Shown: in pieces, positions 21,858 through 52,681 of the stretch
How positions within the stretch are numbered: the stretch's first letter is position 1
How the letters are laid out: every line of letters starts with the position of its first letter
Source of the DNA: Amoebidium appalachense
Lineage: Eukaryota > Protista > Ichthyosporea
Length of the DNA: 64,000 bases
Direction of reading: 5' to 3'
NCBI GenBank assembly: GCA_963693365.1
Contig: CAVNZM010000009.1
Span: 4,103,146-4,167,145 of the forward strand
The notes under the pieces: model-generated
What the model was told of the DNA's origin: nothing
Database searches by the model: none
The model's input: only the letters and a program-made list of their open reading frames with translations
Made by a program: the position numbers and the translations under genes

Positions 21858-22727
21858 TGGACATGCCATCAAGATCAAGTGCAGCAGAAGTCTCAGGATA
21901 GAAAAGGGAGCGAAGTGTGGGGGAGGAGGGGATCGGGCAGTAAAGCAAAGAGGTGAAGAGGAAAGGGGCCGGGGGGAGGGGGGAGGGGGGGGGGGGGGGT
22001 TGAGGGGAGAGGGGGGAGGCAGGACGAACCTTATGGTGTTCTATCCACTCATCTCTTGTGTCGTTATCGAGATTATCCCAATGATTCTTCATCTGCACCT
22101 GGGGGAGATAAACAAAGAATTAGATATTCGAGCAAGAAAAGGAATTACGGAAGGAAAACAATACAGTGGTCGATATGTGCATTAAAATACATCAATATGT
22201 GTACAAGAAAAGAGTCCTGTGCATACAGAGAGCCGCTCACACATGACAGGCAGCAAGCGGAAAAAAAAAAGGGGGGGGGGGGGGGGGGGGGAGGGGGGGG
22301 GGGGGACAAATATTCCTACTAGTTTTTTTGGTTTTATTAAAAAACTTTTTTTGCGCGCCACAACTTCCAGCCAAAATCTTCATCTTTGGCTAATCAGTTA
22401 CACCGGGCACAATTTATTGGTCGATGCGAAGTTTTTTTGAGACTGCGATATTCCTCTTTTTTTTAGTTCTATAAAATTGAAATGTGGTGTTCCAATAAAC
22501 CATTGAACAAAACCTATTCTTGAGATGATCCAAAAATCTGGTGTTGATGGAGGTCACGAACACAGACACGCACAAACACAGCATGGCACACACAAACACA
22601 CGAAGACACATACACACTATGGCATACATAAAGTCACCCGAACACGCACAAAAGCAGGCTTGCACTCACACAGACGTGCACCCACACACGTGCAATTACA
22701 AACACGCACATGCGGGCGCACACGCGT

Positions 22728-22784
<57 letters not shown>

Positions 22785-22886
22785 CATGTGAGCATTTGAA
22801 CACGCGCACATGACAAGCCCCCCCCCCACACACACTATGCGCATAACCCCTAGAGAACACACACACACAGACACACACACACACAC

Positions 22887-22953
<67 letters not shown>

Positions 22954-23363
22954 GCACTCAACACACCTTTACTGGAGTGCCATTTTTCGCGATGCCCTTT
23001 TTCCGCCTGTATTCGGGCCTGCATGAGCAAAATCAGATCAGTAAACTTCTGGGGTGATAATACATCATGACCTTTGTCCATTCACATCTTTTGCATAATT
23101 ATCGCAATGAAGTAACTGGCCTTTTGATTGGCCAGTTTCTTAAAGTTTGAGTGATTTTGACTTGCTTGTTAGCACTACACCTGAAAAAGAAAGAATGATG
23201 AAAGTCTTGCAACAGTATCTTTCCAACCAGTTCCAACTGATGGGTATATATATATATATATCTCTAACCACGGGCTACTAGACTGTGTGCGCGTGTAGTG
23301 GTTTTTGTCTGTGTGCTTGTGTGCGCGTGTGTGGTGTGTCTGTGTGCATCTGTTTGTCCGTGT

Positions 23364-23394
<31 letters not shown>

Positions 23395-23610
23395 GGGGAT
23401 TGGTTACGTTTTCTGCTGAATCCAGTATTCACAAGGGTCACTGGTTATCCGTTTCTGGGGGAAATTTTTTTTAGGTAAAACGATCACCAAAACTTATAGC
23501 CATGCACGCTTGGGTTCACTATCTAAATTGGGGTGTAAGAAAAGGGTGGTGCTACAGGGGAGAAAGGCAGAGTGTGACGGCCGCCTTAATTATTCTTTCT
23601 AGATGGTCGC

Positions 23611-23672
<62 letters not shown>

Positions 23673-23725
23673 CACGTAGGTGTGGGAATGCAGCACACGA
23701 GAAAGATGGCAAAGAATGTGTCTGT

Positions 23726-23761
<36 letters not shown>

Positions 23762-23763
23762 GC

Positions 23764-23808
<45 letters not shown>

Positions 23809-26457
23809 TGCGCCTGCATGTGTGTGCGTGTGTGTGTGTGTGTGTGTCAGGGGGGGGGAGGAGGGGGGGGGGGGGCTGGGGGGGGGGGTTTGGGAGGAAT
23901 CTATACACAATGTCGACTTCACACTACCGTGTTTCGAGTCCAATATGCAGGTTGCTTATATCTGCAAATGAAACACCTAGCAAAATGCATCACAACACCA
24001 AACCTTGGGTAGAGGAAGGGGTGGAGGTAGAGGGGGGAAAGGGGGAGGGGGGGGGGGGGGGGGGGGGGGGGGGCTTTACCACCGGCTTTAGGGGAGGAAG
24101 ATAGGGCAGTAGCGGGTGCACCAGTGCTGAGTTGCTAGTTTTTGGCTTGGAGGCAAGACTGAAGCGCATTTGCTCTCTCTCTGCCTCCTTTGTCTTATCT
24201 GCCATTTCCCGTTGATTTTTCTTAAATTCTTGCTCTAGTTTCTGAATGTTTTTTTTTTTTGGACGGGGGGGGAGAGGGGGAGGGGGGGGGGGAAGGGGGG
24301 TTTGAAAGAGGGGGGAGGGGGAGGGGAAGGGGGGGGGGGGGGGGGCAGGGAGGGGAGGGGAGGGGTGTGTGTGTATGCATGAAAATGTGGGGTTATGTGG
24401 ATGCCTGCATGTGCACATGTGTGTATATGTCTCTGTGGGCACCCGCTTGTAGAAGAGACATAAAAAGTGTGAACCCCGGGAGTTTGTGTGAGTGTGTGTG
24501 TGTTGAAGTGTATGTGTCCGTGTGCATGTCTGTGTGTCGCGCATGCGCGCGCATGCACGTGGTGTAAACGGAGGAAGAGAAAGGCGCGGGGCCGGAGGGG
24601 AGGGGGGGGGGAGGGGGTAAATTGCAGTAGTGTAGTGAGTGGAAAGTCTTAACATGAATGATACCTCAATACAGCGCATCCAATAAGGTGGCTGTGCATA
24701 AGGTGGGTGCACCAAATATCACAGGAAACACAGATGATTGCATGGATCCCCCCCCCCCCCCCCCCCCAACCACAGATGATTGCATGGATCCCCCCCCCCC
24801 CCCCCCCCCCCCCAACACACACACACACACCACCACCACCACCACCACTACAACCAACACCGACACACGAACTTACACAGACGCACACCAAAAAAAAGAG
24901 AAGAAGAAAAAGGAAGACCACCTTGGTTGCTGCAAACCACTACCACGGGACATAGATGCAGGGGGAGACAAACAGCCTCCACCCCCTCCACCCCCCCCCC
25001 CCCCCCCCCCCCCCCCAAACATACCCACATACAAGAAACACACACACACACGCACACGCAAGAGCACACACCACCCACTAACTCATTCACCCACCCATCC
25101 ACTCACACACACACCACCCACCTCCCACACACCCACACATACGCGCGCGCGCAAGCGACCGCACACACACACACCCACCACTTCACTCACACCTTCCCAT
25201 ACAACAACACAACCACACACCAAGCCACCCCCTTCCCCCTCCCCCAAAACACACACACACACACACACATACATGCTATAACCAATGATTGGGGGTGCAG
25301 GGCCTGAGACTGACCACCCGCAACCCGCCCACATTTCGTGACAATGCATCACCTTATAAGCTTCCACATACGGGAATTTCTCATCATCGGAAAGCGTCTT
25401 CCACTCCTTTTGCGCTTGCACTAGGCCGAACTTCTTTCCCTGTCGAGGGAAAAAGACACATCAAGCTCACTCAGTCAACTCTATCCGACCAACTAAGGGA
25501 GGAAAGGTCGCGTGAGACATGGTGCAAAGGCCCTCCGGGGGCGTGGGGTGGGGGTGGGGGGGGGGGGGGGGGGAGGGGGGAGAGGGGGGGGGGGGATGGA
25601 GGGAGGGGGAGGGGGTGGGGTGGAGGGGCAGGTGGGGGGAGGGGGGAGGGGGGGGGGGGGGGGGGGGGGGGACGATGAGTGCTAGTGCAATACCACAGTC
25701 ATCATTAATTCACTTTGTATATGTGTCGAGGCCAAATTGGAAGATGGAGGTTCGGGGCGGTTTGTGTGTGTGGGTTGAAGGGGGGGGGGGGGGGGGGGGA
25801 AGGTTGGTGGTTAAAAATTGGTACACGGTACGAAGTACAACAACCCGATGAGAAACACTGTGCAGGACACAAAAGCATTAGCAACAACACACAGTATGCA
25901 ACACGAGTAGAACCCATCCTCAGGGAGGGCCCAAATCAAAAAGTGCATCTGAACATCATGGCCTCCTCACGAAATCCAACTCACACAACAGCATCAACTG
26001 AACCTGGGAGACGGAGGGGGAGGAGGAGGGGGGGGGGGGGGGGGAGGGGGGGGAGGAGGGGGGGGGGGGGGAGGGGGGAGGTGAGAGGAAGATATCATGA
26101 AGGTGACTGGAATTGTTTTATAAAATGAGGAAGGACATTGAGAGGGATGAAGCACAGTTTTGCATATGAAAGGGATCGTTTACTTACCGATTCTTTGGAC
26201 AGTGCGCACATGTCACCATAAAAGAGCTGAAAGGCATTGTGCGGTTTCTTGGGAACTGCATTAGAGGAGGAGATTAATTGTTAAAATGTTGTCTGTGGGT
26301 GTTTCATCGTGCACGTGTCGTGTGTGTGTGTGCGTGTATCTGTGTGTGTATGTGGGTCTATCTCTCCTTCTCTCTCTCCCTCCCTCCCCTCCCTCCCTCC
26401 CTCCCCCCTCCCTCCCCCCTCCCCCCTTCCTCCCTCCCTCCCTCCATCCCTCTCTCT

Positions 26458-26488
<31 letters not shown>

Positions 26489-26490
26489 TT

Positions 26491-26551
<61 letters not shown>

Positions 26552-27492
26552 GCTCTCTCTGTGGGTGTGTGTGCGTGTGTGTGTGTGTGTGTGTGTAGGG
26601 GCGAGGGGGAGTGGGGAGGGGGGAGAGAATGACACTTCTCTCCTGATTCGATTCGCAGGATGTGAAACGGGTATATTATGCAATGCAAAAGAGCTTTGTG
26701 CACCTTGACGTAATAGGTAATATTTACACCGGTTTAAAATACTTGATTATCATTCAATAACTCCTAAGCAAGATAAATAATAAAAACTAAAAAAAAAAAG
26801 TAGAAATATCTGGATACTCATATTAAGAGGAACATTGAAACACATTGGCATCTCAAAGAATACTTTGCACACATTCACTTCACGCATGCAATCAGTGTGT
26901 GAAGCATTTCATGCAACAAGTACTTTACTCACTCTGAGCCAGACGGGAAGGCGGTGGTTTTAGCACCACCTCGGGATAAGCCTCCTTGTAACGGTCGTAG
27001 AGCTGGCGGGGGCAAAAGTGTCAATTATAAATTCAAATCCAGCATTAAAATCTTATACCGGAGACTACAACAGAGAAACGTACAGGAGCAAAAACCACCC
27101 AAAAAAACATATACTCACAGGCACATGGGGATCATTCATCCAACCCCCCCCCCCCCCCCCCCCCCCCCCCATGACACCACCACCACCACCAACACCACCC
27201 TTCCTCTCTCCCACACTCCGCTCCTATACCTGTGTGTGTGTGTGGGGGGGGGGGGGGGGGGGGGGGGACGGATTTGATAGGAAATCGACTATTTAGACCC
27301 TTTTCCTGGGAAAGAGAGATGGAGTCAATGTGACGATTAATCCAAGAACCATGCTACATGGTGGACTATAGGCGCGTGAGAGAGGGGAGGCCATTGCATT
27401 TATATGTTTATTCTTACTTTCATTTTTTTTTTTTATCTCTTTCAATTTTTTTAAGGGGGTTTTGTTGTCATCATAATCCCCCCCCCCCCCCC

Positions 27493-27524
<32 letters not shown>

Positions 27525-29661
27525 TTGGGGGGGGGGGGGGGGTCAACATACCAGCTCGTATTCGTCCACGGTAGCCTTCCACATGTCCTCTGCCCGATTG
27601 AGTGCAATCGTGTCGAGGTAGTGCCAGCGATCGTCGATCTCCTTCTTGATCTGCTTCTTGCTGCTCTGAGGTTCCGCATTCTGCGATTGAAATTTGGCAT
27701 TTGTTAGCGCTGGTGAGAAAGGAATGAAAAAAGAAAGAAAGAAAGAAAGGGAGAAGAAAGGTAGAAAAGAAAGAAAGGGAAAGAAGAAGGAAACAGAAAA
27801 AGATAAAAGGGTTAGCGGTATAGGCCGTGACATCGGTTGAAAAGGAAACCGGGGGTGGAAAGAGGGAAGGAGGGAAGGATATGCAAAAGAGGGGAGGCAG
27901 CAACGTGGTCAATAACCCATACTTATCAAAGAAATCAAAAAATGAAAAAATAAAAAATAACTGAAATCAAAAACAGAATCAATACACAACCAGAAACAGA
28001 ATCAATACACAAACAGAAATCTAACACAAATCAATACAAAAGCAGAAATCCAACACAAAGAACGAAACCAAATAAATAACAAACCAAATATTAAAACAAA
28101 TCAATACAAAAACAGGTATTGAAACAAATAAATACACAAGCATTAACACAAAACAATTTACAAATAGAACAAAAAACAAATCAATTTGAAAGGGAAATCA
28201 GAAAACAAATCAATGCACAAACGGATATCAAAAAAACAGATCAGTACACATGCAGAAGTCAAAAACAGATCAACACCCAAACACAAATAAAAAACAAATC
28301 AATGCATAACAAAACAAAATTAATCGTGCAGGTAGAAGATACTGCCTGATACTATGTGTGTGCGGCACGTGTGCACACAGTATCTGGTAAGACAAGGGGG
28401 GGGGGGGAGGGAGGGGGGGCTCAAAATGCGATTAAATTACAAAGTACACAACCACAACGGACAACACGATGCAGAGTGAAAACCACACATGAAGAGTATG
28501 CATAACAAATCAAAGCCCATCCCAATGGGGCCCCAAGTCATCCTGGAAGAGAGAGAGGGGGGGAGGGAGAGGAAGCGGGGAGGAGGGGTACGGAGGACTG
28601 GGGAGGAGGGGGAATGGGGGAGAGGGGAGGGGGGAGGGGGTGGGGGTGGGGTGGGGGGGGGGGGGGGGGGGGAGGAGGAGGAGGTACACACCTTTATCAA
28701 TTCCTCCTGTTGTGTGTTGAACACCTGCTTGGCCGACTTGAAAAGGAAGGGGGGTGCATCCAAATACCAAAGTGCACGTTTTCTCTCTACACCGGAATCC
28801 GAGTCTGAATTTCCGGCATTTCGGCTGTTTTTCACGGAGTGGAAGATATATTCACGTGCTATTCCCTCTTCTTCTTCTTCTTCTTCTTCGTTTCGTTCTA
28901 TGCTATCTCCTTGGTTGCCTATCTCGCCACCTGAATTTCGGAGATGCGCATTTTTGTCGGCGTGAAAATCGTAGCTATCCTGGATTTCATCCGAGTCTTC
29001 CTCGTCTTCGAATCTAACATCATAAATCGAGTTCTTGACTAGCACCACCTGGCCAGCCGACGAGCCGTTTTCCGGTTTTTCTCCACCGGGATAGCCATCC
29101 TCCTCGTCCTGTGTTCGCTTGCCGCTACTCTCTTCTTCTTCGTCGTTTGAGTCTTCTCCGTTTTCCGTCATCATTTCCCCGTTTTCCGCATTTTGGGATT
29201 TTTGTTGGTTGGATGTTGTTTCGCTGCTGCTCAGACTCGGACTGTTTGATTGGCCAGGCTCTTGCTCTTGTGCTTCGCCCTGCAGGGGAATCAAGTGTCA
29301 ACGATAAACGACAGAATGCATGCAGTTATCATCAAGGGAACCAAGAGGGGAACAAGAGGGGGGGGGGGGGGGGGAAGGGGCGTGGGGTGTGGGTGGGTGG
29401 GTGGGGGTGCAGGGCAGGATAAGGAGGGGGGGGGGGGGGGGTGGAGGGGGAATGTGTCTGTGTGTGTGTGGGAGGGGGGGGGGGAGGGGGGGGGGGGAGA
29501 GGGGGGATTTCGAGTGTGTGATGTGATGCAAAGTAGAGCACACAATCACTACTCCCCGTCCACTCCCACTCTTTCCCCTCACTCTGGTATGTCTGTTTTC
29601 TTCCTTATCATTGCCCCCCCCCCCTCCCCCCCCCCCCCCCCCAAACAACAACAACAACAAA

Positions 29662-29700
<39 letters not shown>

Positions 29701-29935
29701 AAAATCACCTCCTAAATTGACTGCTGCCCAACTCAAGGAAATTCAACACTTTTCCATTACAATAATTCTGCAAAAGCCCATTCACACGGTCCCATCTATC
29801 CCTACACACCCATTTCTGCTCCTCGTTTCTTCTTCTTCTTCTTCTTGTTCTTCTTCTTTTTCTTTTTCTTTTTTTTTTCCCCTTTTTTTTTTCGGGGGGG
29901 GGGGGAGGGGGGCGGGGAGGGGGAGGGGGGAGGAG

Positions 29936-29967
<32 letters not shown>

Positions 29968-30783
29968 TCATGCGACAGTTTTTTCCAGAGTTTGATCGGA
30001 CAGCGAACAAAAGAGGGACCAAAGAACAGGTGGTGCGGGTTGAATAAAGGTTTACAAAAGAGCTGCAACGTTGTAAGATAGATGAAACAACCATGCATAC
30101 AAAGACCAAAGCAGGAGCAAAATGAAGAACAAAGTGAAGGAAAACGAAGCAAAATATAGCTAAAATGAAGTGAAATGTAGTAAGATTAAGTTGAGCCAGC
30201 AAAGAGGAGAGAAGTGTTGCACAAGGGCGTTAATGAAAGATCTTGGGTCTGATGGCCACATATGTCTTGTGTGTGCTCGTATGTGCACGTATGGAAGCGT
30301 GAATGTGTAACTAGAAATCACGCTGATGTGTGCTTGAATGTTCGTGTGTGCGTGTCTGTGTATGCGTGAGCTGTGTGTGTCTAAGCACTTTCATGCAGCC
30401 CGGTGTGTGTTTGTAACGTGTGTGTGTTAATGTGTTCATTTGTGCTTGCGCGTAATTTGGTCGTGTAAACACGTGCGTGTTTGTGCATGCGTGTGTGTGA
30501 GCGTGTGTGTGTGTGCGTGAGTGAGTGAGTGAGTGTGTGTGTGTGTAAACACGTGCGTGTTTGTGCATGCGTGTGTGTGAGCGTGTGTGTGTGTGCGTGA
30601 GTGAGTGAGTGAGTGTGTGTGTGTGTGTAAATGCGAGTGTGTGTGTGTGTGTGTGTGTATGCCTAACCGAAAGACAGTTATTACCTCTATTCCGCCAGCA
30701 GAAGCACCCCTTTTCCTCTTTACCATCCAGCCGGCATCCAAGTCCCACGAGTCATTCCCCGCACGTGCACGTTTTCCTTCCAT
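19061..30783 (-). CDS. Protein with three HMG boxes and an acidic N-terminal region (>=526 aa, >=13 exons; 3' end probably extends to ~17440)
   Basis: Phase-compatible exons 30783-30685, 29279-28692, 27680-27552, 27002-26933, 26255-26188, 25439-25353, 24241-24080, 23454-23408, 23018-22967, 22098-22030, 21301-21237, 20503-20440, 19138-19061. Box 2 is clear ([35 protein letters not shown]); boxes 1 ([19 protein letters not shown]) and 3 ([22 protein letters not shown]) are degenerate. The first exon and the last few are less certain; a candidate further exon is 17608-17522. Confidence 0.8.
19822..19970. repeat. Tandem array of GTAGGGCAGGAA + poly-G units (~6 copies)
   Basis: Seen directly. Confidence 0.9.
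20080..20123 (-). repeat. Dispersed intronic element, 5' fragment (HMG gene intron)
   Basis: - strand CCCTCGATGATGGGCTGTGTTC..TGCATGTTC resembles CCCTGAGGATGGGCTCTGCT..TGCATACTC. Confidence 0.5.
21584..21822. repeat. Four identical ~43-nt units (CACCATGGCAAGGGTACTGGAACCGTGAAAGGTACGAGAGAGA) separated by poly-G of variable length
   Basis: Seen directly; lies in an HMG gene intron. Confidence 0.95.
25810..25936 (-). repeat. Dispersed intronic element copy (HMG gene intron)
   Basis: - strand GGGCCCTCCCTGAGGATGGGTTCTACTC..TGCATACT..TGTACTTCGTAC.. Confidence 0.8.
27960..28320. repeat. A-rich degenerate minisatellite (AAACAAATCAATACACAAACAGAAATC-like)
   Basis: AATCAATACA(C/A)AA cores recur; intronic. 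Confidence 0.75.
28420..28545 (-). repeat. Dispersed intronic element copy (HMG gene intron)
   Basis: - strand GGATGACTTGGGGCCCCATTGGGATGGGCTTTG..TATGCATACTCTTCATGTGTGG..CTGCATCGTGTTGTCCG..TGTGTACTTTGTA..CGCATT, then poly-C. Confidence 0.88.
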
Positions 30784-31460
30784 CGTCAACTCTTCTTTGC
30801 TTGGGGCTCCACTCGGCTTCCCAGTTCACACACTTCTCAAAATTGCTCAAGCGCTTGGCTTTTCTTGCCTCCTTTGATGTGCCTGCGGTAACCTTCAACC
30901 TTACACACTTAGTGCCACGTTAATCCTCTACTGAACTTTGGGTTATGTTAATCCCTTGAGATCGTGCAGTTTGAACCACGCCTACCGCCTTCACCTCCTT
31001 TTCACCATACAACCAACTCCCATACAGAAAACAAAATTAGGCAACTGGGTTTTACTTCACTGTGTGTGCTCTGTTGGTGCGTCGGTTCATCTCCAGAAAA
31101 CGCGTGAACAAAGAAGACAAACACACACACGTACACTCGAGTTGTGCCGCTGCCTGGTGCATGTGACAGAATGTGCCTGCTTCGCGCCAAAATCCACAGC
31201 CGGCCAACCAGCTAACAGCAGTAACCGCGAGCTTAAATCGCTTTAGCTTTGAATATTACGAAACAATAAGCAGATCGCATCGTTTGGAATAATCGTAAAC
31301 AAGGATAGATTCGATCCCGCTGCGATCGCCAGAACTTTTGCTAGATCATGTATGTGCATGGCCGCTGACCAAGTCAGGCTACTATGACAAACTTGACGGG
31401 GCAGCCTGTGATCATGAGCAACCACACCCACTCGTAAAACACGTGATATATGCGTGGCAC

Positions 31461-31493
<33 letters not shown>

Positions 31494-31564
31494 CGCACAT
31501 ACACAACAGTATTATAGTATTTTGGACAGGAGCGTGGCATACGCTGTAAGGCGAGGCAGAGACA
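30784..31564. promoter_or_regulatory. Likely bidirectional promoter and 5' UTR region between the HMG gene (-) and the SENP gene (+)
   Basis: ~0.8 kb of mostly unique sequence between divergent first exons; inferred from the gene arrangement. Confidence 0.55.
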
Positions 31565-32245
31565 TGGATGGGGAGGAGGATGGTAGCTTGGAGGGGACTA
31601 AGACGGTGAGCGGAAAAAGACAACGTTTCGGATCTCAGAGGGATTATGGCGTGAAGAGAAGGAAAGTCGTCGGAGATCTAGCTCTTCGTTTGAAAAAATG
31701 CTGCGGATGATTGGCACGGCGAGAGTTCAGGTGCGTTCCTTGGAATTCTATGCATACGTGTAAGGGACACATGCAAAGTTTACCTACACAAATACCTCCC
31801 CCCCCTCCCCCCCCCCCCCTCCCCCCCCCCCCCCTCCCCCCCCCCCCCCCCCCCCCCCCCCCAAAAAAAAAGAAAGAAAGAAAGAAAAAAAGACCCCCTC
31901 CCTTTCCCAACCCTTCCGCACCTCTCCCTAAAAAAAAAAAGAGCAGGAGAATTCAGGAAATAGGTGCAACATGAACAACCGGTCGATAATTCGGTTGCAG
32001 CCAGTAAACGAAGAATACTCTATCTTGGTTTATTGTCGTACTGTGCTCCCGTTTCCTTCCAGCTTTTCACTGTTTGCCCAAGCACTCATTGACGATGTGT
32101 TCTTTTGCGAGTGAATAGACAGGATGTGTTGCATGATGTGTTGGCCCTCGTTCAAACCCCCCGCTCGTTCAAACCCCCCTCCCCCCCTCCCCCCCCTCTT
32201 TTTTTTTTCCATATCCTGATCAGTGTGGTCCCTACAGGTGGACGT

Positions 32246-39889
<7,644 letters not shown>

Positions 39890-39979
39890 ACACTGAATCT
39901 GATGTTGAATATGCTAAGGTTTCGTATAAAATTGAATGTCTCAATATGCGTGAATGCGGATGTAACTCGTAATGAAGCG

Positions 39980-40210
39980 TATATGGGCGAATGTCGATGT
40001 AACTTGTATTGATGTGTCTGTATGGTTGAATGCATCATGTCCATATGGATTGTTTTGATTTTGGTGATTGGTTACACAATTGGTTCGTTAAGTATAGTGA
40101 ATGCGAATGTACCTTGTATTGATGTGTCTGTATAGTTGTATGCATGGTGTTGATATCAATTTTTTGATTTTTGTAAGTGGTTACACGATCCCACAAATGG
40201 TTCGTATTAC
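39980..40210. repeat. Diverged ~110-nt tandem duplication downstream of the SENP stop codon
   Basis: CTTGTATTGATGTGTCTGTAT..TGCAT..TGGTTACAC..TGGTTCGT occurs twice. Confidence 0.8.
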
Positions 40211-41269
40211 TAACGTATAGTGACAGCTCTAAGTAAGTCCAGGGAAGGATTAGTGTAGATTCACAGGTAGTAGTAATAACAACACCGTAATTACCAAGTT
40301 GATAGTGAAGTTGTGGCACAACCATTTTAGACAGTGCAAATAAATTAACTACATACACACCATTTTTGTGGTGTGCGCCATTATGATATTATCTAGACAG
40401 CGCTAGCCAGAGGCTACGATAAAATTATGTGTCCTTCAAAGTTTTAACCCCTCCTCTCTTCCCCCTCCCCCCCCCCCCCCCCCCCCCCCCCCCTTCTCCC
40501 CTAACGTTTCTGGATCCCGGGTTTACGGAATGCTTACACCCCTCGGTTTATATGAACGTTGTTCGTACATGTGTACACATACATCATGTGACACGTGCAC
40601 ACACACCCCTCGGCCGGCCCCGGGACCCAGTCGCCGGCCTCGAGCTACCAAACGCCCGACCCACATATAGCATTACTATGTGCCTAGCCATGGTCGTCAC
40701 TATGACACATCATGCACGGGCACACGTGTGCGAGCACGTGCACACACAATGTGGACATTGCACACATGCACATGTATATGCACATAGCACTTCTAGCGCA
40801 AGCCGGGAGCTCAGGGAGTCTGAAACAGATTAAATGACGTCATTATATCGACCAATCTGACATAACTGTGTCACAGATACAGTATACGTGGCAATCCTGT
40901 GTGCAGACTATGTATGTTGTGACTGGCAGATCCCGCAGTCAGTTTGTTTTGGCAGTATCTTTGGCGAATGCCACTTGTAATGTATGTATAACTTCTAGTC
41001 ATGGTTTCGTATACATTGATATTTTTAGCTTAACGGTTCTGTCTTCTTTTTCTACCCTAGCGCAAAGCGCACATCTTGGGGCTTGTGCTAGTTTACTCCG
41101 CATCGGTGCTTGCTTTCAAGTTCCACACTATAGCACGTAGTTATTTCCGCGAATAGAGAAAAGAGCTTTTAACCTTTTATCCATCCATCCACATGGCTTT
41201 AAAGGCCCTTGTTTTCCAACTTTCAAGTTTTGAATCTGGCACGTTTGCCAGCCTTTTCCCTTCTGGAAA

Positions 41270-50085
<8,816 letters not shown>

Positions 50086-51448
50086 GTTAGATGGGGAAAA
50101 AAGTGGAAACGGATATTTGCTACCGATTTTCTTTTTTACTTGGCCGGTGTGGTTGGAAAATGCGAATGTTTAGGTCATTTAGTAGTATGCAATAGTAAAT
50201 TTGTGTTGTGTTTTCGTAGCTTGCATATGTTTTGGGTAGTGCGTACATGCAACTATATTAGCAATCGAAATTAGTATACGTCTCACGTGCTTGCACATGT
50301 ATGAGCTAGACACGCGAAGACAATACACAACACACACACGTCCACGTGCACCACCCACACACTCCCACCCACCCACACAAACCCCAGACAATCATTGGTT
50401 TGATTGCACGAAAACCACACACCAAATTCGACGCACGAATGTTCCTCTAGGGAATTTAGCACACACACACACACACACGTACACACAGGCACACACACGC
50501 CTACTCTTGCGCGCATACAATCAATTTGGTACAAATGCGAATGCAGGTGCACACACCACATGCATTTACGTGTTAGGTTAATCCTTGTATGGAAGTGTAA
50601 TGTTTACGTTTTCCCCTTATAGACTTGTGCAAATACCGTAGATTGTGGCCTAGTGTGGCTATCTTAGCACCTGTAATAAATGTATATATGACGGTTTCGT
50701 GTAGCGATTTAATACCTTTCGTGTCTATTTCGTGTGTTTCCTTGTTGTTTGTTTGTTTTTAAAAATGATTTTATTTAGATTGGGGTGGCTAAGAATGGAT
50801 AAATAGTACAATCTCCACAGACACAACGAGATATTCCCTTAGATAGCTTCGCGGGAAATTCAATGAGATAAACCAAATCCGAAACCGTAGCAGTAGCCTT
50901 TTAGTTATCACTATTTACACTATTGATGGCAAATGACCACAGATGTATCGTGTTGTAAAGCTGATGTGATAAACACATGTGCGATTAAAAATGGAATGAA
51001 TAAAAACGGACAGACTTTGTTAGCGTTCCGCATCGGATCCGCAATCTCCCACACACACACACGTATCCACAGTGATATGATCACACCACCACCACCACCA
51101 CTTGCAATCGGAAAGCCCTCTCAGTCAATCATTTTGAATTTTCGCCCTCTTACCCTCTAGATCTGGCCATTTGTGGGAACACACCGCGAAGTGCACACGC
51201 ACGGATGATGCATGTCATACACGTGCACAACACACGCATGCACGCGCGCGCGCACACACAGTGTCACACCACGTACCACACACTCGCGCACACACACGTA
51301 CACCGAACATTGACGCATGCCGCACGTGTTTTCTGACGCACACCACGTACGCACACACATATGTACATGTGCGTGTCGCACTCACACACAACACACAGCA
51401 TGCATGCACGCACGCACACGCAGGCGCGCGCACACACACATACACACA

Positions 51449-51509
<61 letters not shown>

Positions 51510-52224
51510 CCGCAAAAAAGGAAAACTTAAAGGAACGAGCGGTTAGCTAAGGATGCCGTGAAGGAAGCCTCGCTAGAAAAAAGAATGAAACAAAAAAAAA
51601 AAAAAAAAAAAAAAAGGAAATATGCAAGAAAGAAGAAAGCCCCTGGTCCTTATTAAAGGTGGATATCGATTGAAAAAACGTATTTTGACATGCAAAGCGG
51701 TGTGCGCACACATTTATTCCTACTTTTTATTGTTTTTATGGGATCTATCACTGCCCTTCACAATCAAATGACTTTTATTTTTGGGGAAAGAACAACACAA
51801 CACCAACCAGTGGTATGGGGGTATATTCTTATACTGTGCCCTTTCACTTATCCACCTGACAAACTTGACATTATTATGAGTGCATATGCGTTGTGTTTCA
51901 TTTTGGTCCCTCAATAGGCCTATAAAAGGACACCTCAAGGACTCAGAGAAGTGCAACTACTATTCAAACAGTCGCTTGAACCTCATATCCAGAAAGCAAT
52001 AATTCGAGGGGAAAAACTATAAAAAATTATTAATAATAACGAAGAAATGGGCCCAGCACCTCAAAAAGCCCCCTACCAACAACTTCCCGAACGATTACGA
52101 AGGAGAGAAAGGGCACCCAAAAACGAACATGCTCTCAAAAGGCGAAAAATAAAAAAAATAAAGAATGCAAGTAAAGAGAAAGAAAAGGAAAAAACTACGC
52201 CATCACAAGCACCGATTTTGCGTC

Positions 52225-52504
52225 CTAATTCGGCCTCTTAAAGTGGTCCGAGATCCTGACCGTGTATGTCTCGTCGATATCATTACCAGTGCTCTTGTTC
52301 TTGCACTTGTGGAACCGTGGGATGGGCGGCTTCTTAGGGTCCGGTAGGCGCACAATCGTGTGCCGGATAATGTCGTGGCTCAGAAGGAGCTTTTCGTTGA
52401 GTTCGCGCAGGTGAACACTTCCTACGTCAAACTGCATCGCCATATATCTGTGATTGGGGGGGGGGGGGGGGGGGTTTAAAAATTGTTTTTTTTTGTGTAT
52501 GTGT

Positions 52505-52535
<31 letters not shown>

Positions 52536-52645
52536 GGGGGGGGGGGCTCAGAATGTGGCACAAAAAGAGTGCAGGGAACAAAGATACACAACGAAGGAAA
52601 TGGTGTGAGATGAAAGAGGTAAAAGGAGAAGAGAGAAGGGGCAGG

Positions 52646-52681
<36 letters not shown>

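Noticed and set aside
23060-23180. Extra HMG gene exon
   Set aside because: It has stops in all frames, and skipping it (23408 to 23018) gives a phase-correct third HMG box.
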